This document shows positions 1 to 10,700 of a stretch of 34,218 nucleotides of DNA, in pieces; the stretch's first letter is position 1; each line of letters opens with the position of its first letter. Below the pieces are notes generated by a model. The model saw only the letters and a program-made list of their open reading frames with translations. It was not told the DNA's origin and did no database searches. A program made the translations under genes and the position numbers. The stretch comes from Bdellovibrionota bacterium (lineage in GTDB: Bacteria; Bdellovibrionota_C; UBA2361; SZUA-149; DAOLCO01), in contig JBILFC010000001.1 in assembly GCA_044351785.1 (NCBI GenBank), positions 1 through 34,218 of the forward strand, given 5' to 3'.

Positions 1-2
1 CT

Positions 3-1727
3 ATTCCTGGTCTAGTTAACTTCTCTAATGAAGAAATTGAATCTGCCTTAACATCTCTTTTAGGCCTAACTAAGAAAGAAGATCTTCCTTTAATAGATGC
101 TGATACTTTAAAAGGCCCTAATATCGATATAGAGACAGCTGTAGCTCTGTTAGACTCTGGCCTATCAGATTACATCTCATTAAATTTTATACATAAAGCT
201 AACGCAATTCCTAATGATCCATCCTACAGCTCTCTATGGGGGATGAATCAATCTAATGACATCGACATTAATGCACCAGAAGCTTGGGATAAAGTAAATC
301 CTGATGAAGTAAGAAACACAGTAGTGGCAGTTATAGACACCGGAATCAACTACAATCACCCTGATCTTAAAGATAACATGTGGATAAATACAGCAGAGCA
401 AGCCGGCAGCCCTGGAGTGGATGATGATGGAAATGGTGTTATTGATGATATTCACGGATATAATGCGATTAATAATACTGGCAATCCCCTTGACGATCAA
501 TCCCATGGTAGTCACTGTGCTGGAACAATAGGTGGTGTTGGAAACAACGGTCAAGGCGTAGCAGGTGTTGCATGGAATGTTAGACTCATGGCATTAAAAT
601 TCCTTGATTCAGCTGGTAGAGGAAGCGATTCTAATGCAATTAAAGCAATTAACTACGCTGTACAGAATAGAAACAAAAGTGGAACACTCAAAGTATTAAG
701 TAATTCTTGGGGTGGGTCTGGATACAATCCAGCTATGCTCTCAGCAATACAGTCTGCAAACAACGCAGGACTACTATTTGTAGCCGCAGCAGGAAATGAC
801 AACAAGAATACCGACTCAAGCGCTAACTATCCATCGAATTACGATGTTCCTAATGTAATATCGATTGCTGCTCTAAATCAAAATGGAAGTAGGGCTTCAT
901 TCTCCAATTATGGAGCCTCCACTGTAGATATAGGAGCACCTGGTGTAGGAATTTATAGTACGGTACTAGGTACTGGGTATGCCTCTTATAACGGAACATC
1001 CATGGCAACTCCTCATGTAGCTGGCATTGCTGCTCTTGTCTACTCTCAAAGTTCACTTACAACTCCAGGAGAGATGAGAACGCTATTAATGGAAAGCTTT
1101 AAACCTATTCCAGCCTTACAGAATTTAATGATTGTACCTGGAATTATTGATGCGAGCAAGGCTTTAACCGATAATACGAACTCTGCTCCTAATCTTCAAG
1201 ATATACCTAATCAAAAAATAAGAGATTTAACTAAGGTAATCACTGTACCCCTTGTAGCCTCTGATGCTGAGGATAACCAATTAACATTTAAAGCTGAAAT
1301 TCAAGGGCAAGCTCATGAAAAAATAGCCGCTGATATAGACAAACAATATGGCTTCACCGCATACCTTCCACAATTCGATAATTTCTATGGCTTAGCTGAA
1401 AAGAGATTAACCTCCCAATCTAATATGCAGTATTTTATATTTAACGATGGTAGTATTTACGAATTCACATTCCCCACTTATAGGTATAAAGCCAAAGTAG
1501 ATCCAAGGTATTATTCTAATCCTAATGGTTTAGTTAATGCACATCCACTCAGTTACAACAATCTGGCAATAATTACAGTAACAAATGGCAAACCTGGCAA
1601 ACTAGATATTAAACTAGCAGATAATTTTAGCGGTTCATTTTCAATTTTAGTTGAAGTAAGTGATGGAAACAAAACTGATTCCAGTACTTTTTTAGTAACA
1701 ACAACAGAGCCTGAAAGTTGCTCTTAG
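3..1727 (+). CDS. Subtilisin-like serine protease (peptidase S8), 5'-partial, with a C-terminal split cadherin-like repeat
   Basis: The frame of the 243 ATG stays open back to position 3 with no stop (IPGLVNFSNEE...FIHKANAIPNDPSYSSLWGM), so the gene starts upstream of the window. Catalytic triad motifs are present: VAVIDTGI (Asp codon 336-338), SHGSHCAGTIGG (His 514-516), GTSMATPHVAG (Ser 999-1001), plus oxyanion SNSWGG. The C-terminal ~170 aa (nt ~1195-1710) look like a cadherin-like repeat (VASDAEDNQLTF ... FSILVEVSDGN) interrupted by an insert. Confidence 0.9.
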   Translation: MPGLVNFSNEEIESALTSLLGLTKKEDLPLIDADTLKGPNIDIETAVALLDSGLSDYISLNFIHKANAIPNDPSYSSLWGMNQSNDIDINAPEAWDKVNPDEVRNTVVAVIDTGINYNHPDLKDNMWINTAEQAGSPGVDDDGNGVIDDIHGYNAINNTGNPLDDQSHGSHCAGTIGGVGNNGQGVAGVAWNVRLMALKFLDSAGRGSDSNAIKAINYAVQNRNKSGTLKVLSNSWGGSGYNPAMLSAIQSANNAGLLFVAAAGNDNKNTDSSANYPSNYDVPNVISIAALNQNGSRASFSNYGASTVDIGAPGVGIYSTVLGTGYASYNGTSMATPHVAGIAALVYSQSSLTTPGEMRTLLMESFKPIPALQNLMIVPGIIDASKALTDNTNSAPNLQDIPNQKIRDLTKVITVPLVASDAEDNQLTFKAEIQGQAHEKIAADIDKQYGFTAYLPQFDNFYGLAEKRLTSQSNMQYFIFNDGSIYEFTFPTYRYKAKVDPRYYSNPNGLVNAHPLSYNNLAIITVTNGKPGKLDIKLADNFSGSFSILVEVSDGNKTDSSTFLVTTTEPESCS

Positions 1728-1742
1728 TAAATTAGGTTTTAG

Positions 1743-4700
1743 ATGCCAAGTTGTATTAGGCTCATCAGTACTCGTTTAATTCTATTATTGTCTTTGATGA
1801 CAATAAATAGCTTTAATGCTGTTGCTGAGGATCAAGAAGTTACTCTATTTAGTCGCACCTTAAAAAATGGTGAACTAAGAGGTGAATCAGCTTTACTTGA
1901 AAAACCAGAAAAGACAGCCGGGATTCTATCAAATTTAATCACTAACACTAAAGTTATAAAAGATAATGGCCCATCATCTAATCGAGTAGATTTAGTATTT
2001 TTAGGCGATGGATATACAACCGGTGACTCTTCAAAGTTCGATTCTCAAGTGGTAAGCATCTCTGATGGTTTATTCCAACAAATGCCATTAAGTGAATATA
2101 AAAACTATTTCAATCTACATCAAGTTTTCTCACCATCAGTTCAATCTGGTATAGACAATGATGGACAACTTGGAATAGATAAAAATACGGTGTTGAATGG
2201 TAAATTTTATTGCCAAGACGTAAAGGAAAATATCTGCGTAGATGTATCTATCGCCTGGGAACTTGCTGCTCAAGCAAGAGACTTTGATCAAATTTCAGTT
2301 TTAGTAAACTCTAGCTCTGATGGGGGAACTGCCTATCCATTTAGCGATATCTCAGTGGTACCAGGAGGAAACGGTCTAGTAGCTAGTAATCTTGCTCACC
2401 AAGTGGGACATAGCTTTGCTAATCTTGCAGATGAATATGACAATGGTAGTTGGCCTACCTACACTGGCTTTGAACCAGCAGAACCAAATGTTTCTGCTCA
2501 AAATACTGAAGCCATGCTCACACAAAAACTTAAATGGCATCAATGGCTAAGCATAGATTCTGGCGCTAACTTTGGTGGAATAATAAATACCTATGAAGGT
2601 GCAATGGGTCATAAATATTCAATTTATAGGCCAACTGAAAACTCTAAGATGAGGAATCTAAATGCTCCATTCAATAACCCATCTATAGAATCTTTTATTA
2701 AAGAAATCTATAAAAAGGTAAAACCTATTGATAATGCAACGTCAGTGGAAACTCCTCTTACTGGTTCATCAGTGATAAGCGTAACCCCCCTTCAACCAAT
2801 CGGTAGAAACTTAACAATTCAGTGGTATGTAGATAACACTCCTATAGCAGGGGCTAATGCTAAAACTTTTAGACCAAATGACTACCCTATAAGTGATGGT
2901 ATGCATGCAATCTCAGTAGAGGTTTCAGATGATACTCCACTTCTAAAAGACGAAGCCTTTAGAACACAGTACATGAAGGAAAAACGCACTTGGAATGTAC
3001 CTATTGATCAAAATGCACCCATCATCACAAAACATCCTGCAAGTGTTTCTGTATTTATTGGAGCGACAACCAATCTATCGGTAACTGCCATTGGCGAAGA
3101 TCTAAAATACCAATGGTTTAAAAACGGCGTTAAAATTGACGGCGCTACTCAAACATCATATTTGACTCCAGGAGCAATAAGAGAAAAAGCTGACTACTAC
3201 GTAGAAGTCTCCAATGTTCAAGGTACCTTAAGAAGCAATACAGCTACTGTAAGTATTAAAAATAGACTACCCGCATATTCAGGTAGCACTTCATTAACTC
3301 TTTCTAGATTAGAAGAAAAAGAAATTGCTTTTGAAATTAACGATGAAGATGGTGACTCTCTATCTTCAGTTTATACAATTGAAGCCGCGACTAATACTGG
3401 CGTAACAGTTTCATTAGCTTCCAAGAGCCTTAAAATTAAAGCTAGCTCTGCTTACCTAGGACAATTTAGTATAAAATTAAATTTTACTGATTCTTATGAC
3501 ACAATTTCTATACCAATCTCGGTGAACGTTGTTAATAATGCTCCGGTCATTGATGCCATAAATGATTTAACTAGACTATGGACTACTGATAAAGCATCGG
3601 TTGAAATACTTGCTAGTGATAATGACAGCATGGACACAGTCAGTCTCTCTGCTAATCTTGCTACAGGATTCTCAGCACCTGTCAGCCTATCTATGAATGG
3701 TAAAGTGCTAAATATCGATCCGCAAGCAGGTTACTATGGTAAATTTAATGTAACGGTTAGGGCGACGGATGGATTTACAAACACATTTAGAACATTTTCC
3801 GTAAACTGGGCAAATGATAGCCCTGTAATAGATCAGGTGGCACCAATCCGCTCGCATTACAAAGTAGATAAAATTATAGTACCGATAAATGCGACCGATC
3901 CTAATGGTGACACATTACAACTTTCTGCTTCTATTTTGCCTATAAATAACCTAGTTACAGCTAGCTTAAGTGGCAAGACTCTTACCATAGATCCTTCCCC
4001 TACATATAGAGGAGCTAGTACTCTTCGTGTTACAGCTAGTGATAGTGCTCTTAGTAGTGTCATGAATACTAGTCTAGAAATTTATAATAATGCTCCAGTT
4101 ATTGCTCCGATTTCTGCAACAAATGTTAATCAGAATAAAAAATCAGTATCAATACCTGTATCAATATCAGACCCCGATCCAGAAGATAGCGCTACTTTAA
4201 CAAGCAGCGTTAGACTTCTTACTTCTGGAGCAAGTGGTGTTCAGGTTAAATTAGAAAATAACAACCTAATAGTCGAATCTAGTCAAAACTTTTCCGTACC
4301 TCTGTTAGTAGAAGTAAAAGCTACCGATGGAGATTTAACAGCAGTAAGAAATGTTTATCTTAGTGTACTTAATACAGCTCCCTTACTAACTAATATAGAT
4401 GAACAATTTATTCATCCTATTAAAGAAGACATAAGAACCATAGATTTAATAGCAACAGACATAGATAATGATAGTATTACGTATACCGCGGAAGTAGTAA
4501 AACCCAATGCCAAAGCCCCTACCCTATCTGTTTCAGGAAATAAATTATCCATCAATACTATCAACGACTTTCTTGGATCATTCACAATCAGAGTTATCGC
4601 TAGTGATGGCTTAAGTGAAGTAGCAAAAACATTCAAAGTCACAACTTATAATACAGATCCCGAGTTAAATGCCATTTGTGATCGTTCTGCACCGGCAACG

Positions 4701-7700
4701 AAGTTTCCAATAGAAATCCCGCTAATCGCATCAGATCCTGACAAAGAAGACTTAACTTTTGAAGGAAAAATTGAAAGAAATTCTTTACCATTTTTACTAA
4801 AGGCTAAATATAACTTTGACGCTATCAGATTTAGACCTAGTAATGGTCTAGGATTAGGTGAAAAGTATGTCAGTGGTTACGAAACAGACCCAGATATTAA
4901 ATTCTGGTACTATATTCTTCCTAATGGGGACCTATATAGGTTAAATAAAACACATAAGGAAAGCCAGTTCCTCCTAAAATTACCTGCAGGATACTATGAA
5001 AATCCCGATATCCTAATAAATGGTGATATCTCTGGAACTATTCTCAATGCTTTCTCAATATCTTTTGAGGGAAGTAAGCTTAAAGTTGCGCTCTCAAGAG
5101 CAGTACAAGGATCTGTTCAAATAAGGGTTAGAGCTAAAGATTACTTCTCATTTAATGAAAAATCTTTCATTCTAACTGTAACAGAAGGAAGATTAAAATT
5201 AGATGATGTTCCCGACATGAACATCCATTGGAAGGAAGAACCACGATCTGGATCATTAATAGCTAAAGATCCAGTAACTGGCTTAACACCAGATGATATG
5301 AGCTACGATGTGGCAGAATTTGACGGTTCTCTTGCAAAAAGTCTAGATGACCAATACAATTTTCATGTATCAAGAAATGATCAATATGATGCACAGATTC
5401 CACCTGATAACTTCACAAATAGAGGTGAGAAATATATTAGAGCTTACAAGATTAGTTATTTAAACAATGTACCTTCATACGCAGGGATTGATGTATTTGC
5501 GATACTTCCAAATGGTGATTTATATTTATCTCCACCAAAGGCTCAAAATACACAATACTACAGTTTAGAAAATGCTACATTAATAGCAGAACTTGATAAA
5601 GTCTATTATAGAGATACATCTTTACTAATCAATGCAGCAAGTGGAGCGGGAACAAATCTTATTATAAACGGAGATAATACTAGCTTCACGGTGGAACAAA
5701 CTCCTGGATTCTTAGGGAAAGTCATCTTAGAAGCAAGAGCATGGAAAGGTATCGCCTCAGACAGTAAAACATTTATTGTTAACATATACGACAATGAACC
5801 TACGCTGAATGTTCCACTTAATTGTGATGAATTTGGCTGCAAGTTAATAAGAAACTGGAAAACAAACGAAATTAGGCTTCCAATCACCCTCAGTGACGTT
5901 GACCCACTTGATAGTGTAACTTCTAAGGCCTTTGAAACGGATCCTTCCTTAAACCCAGCTAATTCAGCTTCTGAATATTCCCTAAAGTGGAATCATAAGA
6001 ATGGCCAATTCGATAGAGATGGCTGGAGAGAAATACATTTTGCAGGAACTTATCAAAACTCAGAAACTGATATCGCTTTAACTACTGATGGGAAATTATA
6101 TAAATGGAATGGTAATCCACAGAATAGCATTCTATTAACTCAAGTTCCTAGTTCATTCCATGAGCTAGGATACACCTTAGATTCTTCTGTCAATACTTCT
6201 AAGCCTAGCTTGTTAAATCATCCCGAAGTAAGAGTTGAAGGCTCTGAATTAGTAATTACCCCTAAAGCAAATACAGTTATAAATTCCGGTATAATAGGAT
6301 GGGCAAGCGACGGAATGAAACGCGGATTCCTCAAATTCCCCGTATTCATAATTAATCAGCAACCTCAAATTGGAGCCATTGCAGATAAAACTGTTCACTG
6401 GAGAGACAACCTCATTACCGAGAATATCTTGGTTAGTGATCCAGATGGAGACACCGTTTCAAACTTGAATCTGACAATCAATCCTATTAGCATTGATCCA
6501 GCTATCGATTATAATCTAACTAACCTAGTTCTTACTTTAAAATCTAAATTTGGATATTTAGGAACCTATTCATCCACAATCTTTGTGACTGATCAGGGTA
6601 ATCTAAGCAGTGCTCGATCATTTAATACTACAGTCTTCAATACTGCTCCAGTTCTAGAATCTATCGGCAATAAAGATATTGATTGGAATATGAATACGTT
6701 AGAAATTCCATTCACGATGAGCGATGCAGATGCTAATGACTCCGATAAGTTAATATCTATGGTATTTAACGGATCTGCTTCTGACTTTACCGATTTCCTA
6801 GTAAATAAGCACAAGTTTACTAAAACTGGAGCAGGTGCTACCAATTCTCTTGGACTATCTGAAGTACACTTCAAAGGTACAGTAGAGAATCAAAGTAGAG
6901 AATTTATAGTATTGCCCTCAGAGGCTATCTACCTTGTGAGTGGTACTAATTTAGAGATTAAAGGATTCCTAGCACCTGGTACATACAGTAACCCTAACAG
7001 ACTATTAAGCATTGTTAATCCGAACTTTGCTCCAAAACATTCTGTAAGCACCGACGGAACAAAAATCATTTTAAGTAAATCATCAGGGCTAACTGAACCA
7101 ATCATAGTTACAGCTTGGGCAACTGACACGATTCAAGCTACTTCTGAAACATTTACAGTAAATATCATAGACAACGCTCCAGTATTACCAGAGCTAGCGA
7201 CAAGCTATGAAAGACATTGGAGACCAGGGCTACTAGAACTTCCTAATTTCCCTTCAATTGACGAAGAAGGTGAAACCATTAATTATCAAGTAACTTCAAG
7301 TCCAGCAGGATTACAACACTCTATTAGCTCTAGTATTCTTTCTGTAAAACCAACTAATGCTAATCAAATTGGAAATTACACTGTAAACATAGTAGCAACT
7401 TCAGGATCTAAATCTTCAAGCAAGTCCTTTAGCTATAACTTAACAAATGGTGCTCCATCAATTGCACCTCTAGGAGCACAGACCGTCGTTGGTTACAAAG
7501 AATCTTACTCTCAACCCTTTACCGCAACAGATCCAAATTCAGATCCTCTAACTTATACTACCAGCCTAGTAGGACCTTCACCATCTAACTTCTTAGTTGC
7601 TGTAGCTGGATCTACGATTAAAGTTTCTCCTAAAACTCCGCTAGCAGGTACTTACACTATAAACCTAAAAGCTTCAGATGGGCCTTCTTCAGCAGATGCT

Positions 7701-10700
7701 TCAACACAAATAATTTTCCAAAATAGAGCGCCAACATTTAATGTTCCGTCAGCGATGGATATCCCATGGAAAACAAAAGTGGGTAGTCAAACTCTAGTTT
7801 TCAGTGATCCTGATGATGACACTCTAACCTTGACCCCTACCATCAGTGATCCTACTGTAGCCACTGCTGTGATAAGCGGAAATAAAATAAATATCGATCT
7901 AAAGAAATATGCTCCAAGTTTTATAGTTAAAATAAGATTAAGCGATGGAGCTAACTCTATAGACAGAGAATTCCCTGTTTCAGTTAGCAATCTTAAACCA
8001 ACTCTAACAGGCTTACCACCAACTAAAGACATACACTGGAATACAAATTCATTTACGCAATCATTCACAGTAGCAGATGCAAACAATGACACTTTAACAG
8101 TTACATCTAAAATACTAAATAACACAGTTCCTGCTAGCGTAACTATTACAAATAGCCTCGCTACTATAGATGTTACAGAAAAGAAAATGGGCGAATTAAA
8201 CTTAAATATAAAAGTTGCTGACGATGTCTCAAGCACTGAAGGCAACATGAAAGTTACCTTTACTAATACAAAACCTAAAATCTCAGAAATTGCTAACCAA
8301 ATTATTTCAACTGGCATAGAAAAGACTCTTGAACTAGAAGCCTCAGACGCCAATAGTGATGAATTAACACTTTCCGCTATAAAAATGTCTTTGGAAGAAG
8401 TTGCGTTTGACCTAGATAAAATGTTTAACTTTGAACAAGGCGAAACCAACTTTGGATTTAATAAATTAGGTAATAACGAAAAATACCTAAGAGGTAGCGA
8501 TCCTGTAAGAAAAACTCCTCTTAATTTTGTTATCTATCCTAATGGCAGACTATATATCTGGACTGGAATATTAACGAATAGCACTTTTTTAGGAAGTATT
8601 CCTACCGAATTGCATGCCAACCCTACTCTCCTTATCAACGCTATTGCTCCAAATGCTTCAAATATTTCTTATACCGCAAGCATAACTGGTTCTACATTGA
8701 AATTAAAAGCAATTAACGACTTTGAAGGAACCTTCTGGATTAGAGCGGCAGCCACAGATACTCAAGAATTAGCACCAATGTATTTTAGAGTTAATTCCTA
8801 TAAGGAAGTTACTTCAGGTGGTGGCACTGATCCAAAAGAGTGCGAAACTAAAGAGACAGAACACGACGGAGAATGCAGTCAATCTGGGAAGTCAATGTTC
8901 ACTGCCGAAGGCAGAATAGGAGATACTGTGACTGGGGCAGGAAATAGAACTTTTGAATTAGATATTGGCAAAAGTACTAGTGGGCCTTTTGCTAGTGGAC
9001 AAACAAGTAATCATATTTGGGTAAGTGGAAAGAAAGAAAGCTTCTCAATAACTTTTGATCCAATTAATAAAGTATGTAATTTTGTATTAGGAGGGAAAAC
9101 CGTAGTATATAAAATTACAGAAGATGTATTCTCTCTTAGTGACATTTTAATAAGAACTAGACGAGGGAATACTCAGTCCAGTATGAAAATTGATTCTCTA
9201 AAAATCAATGGTAAAACAATTTCTAATTCCGTGTACGCTGATGGGAATTCTAACCAAGTGCGAACTCTACAAATTCGTTCAGTGAAGGAACTAAAGGATA
9301 AATTCACCTTAGAGGGTGCTGCTACTATGATATTCTCCTCTGATGTGAAGAATTCAGAACTTGCATTCCAAATATCCTTTACGAAATCAGACAATGCGCC
9401 TGAGACTTGTGAAGATAGCGATGAAGATGATCATGATGACGACGATTCAGATCACGATGATGAAGACGATAATGATGACGATGATTCTAACTCCAGAAAA
9501 GTAAAAATATGTCATTATCCTCCAGGAAATACCTCTAACCCACAGACAATTACTGTTTCTAAGTCTTCATTATCAGCTCACTTAGCACACGGCGATGTGA
9601 TTGGAGAATGTCCAGGCGATCCTCAAGATCCAGGCACGGGTGAAATTTCATGCGAAGCTAAGCAGTTGTTTGCTAGCCCTAACTACACTCTTTGGAATAG
9701 CTTCTTAAATATGATCAATATTCTAGAATTGACTAACTCTACAGCTAACCCAATTCCAGTGAAGATCTCCTTCTTCTCAATATTAGGTGAGCTTGCACAT
9801 GAAAGAACAATAGTTGTCCCAGCGACTAACCAGTTCGACGTTATTATCAATGATTTCCCTGGATTCGTGAAAGATTCCTATGGTGTTGTAAAACTCGAGT
9901 TTACTGGAAATCTTGATGGTAGAATGAGTTTCTATAGACCTACAACTGGTCTTACTTCTTATGACTATGCATATTCAATTCCTTTAGCTGATGCGAATTT
10001 TGGAACAACTGCAATAAGTTTCAATACCTTCCAACCAAGTCAAAAGCCTTCTGAGCTTAATAACTTAGTAGCTAACTGGTTAAGTATAGTAAATCTTGAT
10101 TCAGCGACACAAAAATATAGTGTCTTCACTTATGATATGTCTGGAAAACTTATTCTTAGAAGAGAGCTTGAAATTCCTTCATTCGGAAGAGCCGATGTCG
10201 ATGGTGGCCATGGTCTTGCAGGCCCTAATGTAGTCGGTTACCATAAGGTTATCCCCTACAATGTGACAGCGGAATACATCGCTCAAATAACTAGATTCGG
10301 TGGGAATGCTGCTGCTGGATTTGCCCCTTCAGCATATAAATTTGCCTTCCCATTATCCGCTAAGCTTGGTGCAAGCGATCCTATTTATGTTCCAATTTCG
10401 AATAAATTCGGGGAATCAAATTGGATAGAAGTTGTAAATATTCTTGATCAAACAGTACAAGCTGCAATCAACTACTACTCAATTGATGGTAGGTTACTTG
10501 AATCTGCAGATGCTTACATCCCAGGGAATGCTCAAATACATTTTAATGCTAGTGCTCAATTAGCAAGTGGAGAGACTGGTTATGCCGTAGTCGTTCCAAG
10601 CACTCCATATTCAATTGTTGCTCAAAGTATGGGTTACCTTAGAGAGCAAGCAACTGGCAGCGTAACTTCAGTTTATGGATCTCAAGCTAGAAGAGCTGTA

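Noticed and set aside
234-1056. Minus-strand ORFs 234-554 and 850-1056 overlapping the S8 protease gene
   Set aside because: They are antisense to a gene with a complete catalytic triad. Their sequences are compositionally odd (Ile/Val/Cys-rich) and have no start context.
3857-9394. Antisense ORFs inside the giant gene (3857-4063, 4412-4642, 5606-5887, 6593-6874, 6929-7129, 7787-8449 at 220 aa, 9173-9394)
   Set aside because: All lie fully within, and antisense to, a coding frame with strong domain evidence. Their translations are low-complexity (S/L/V-rich) with no motifs. They are most likely stop-poor antisense frames of a biased repeat sequence.
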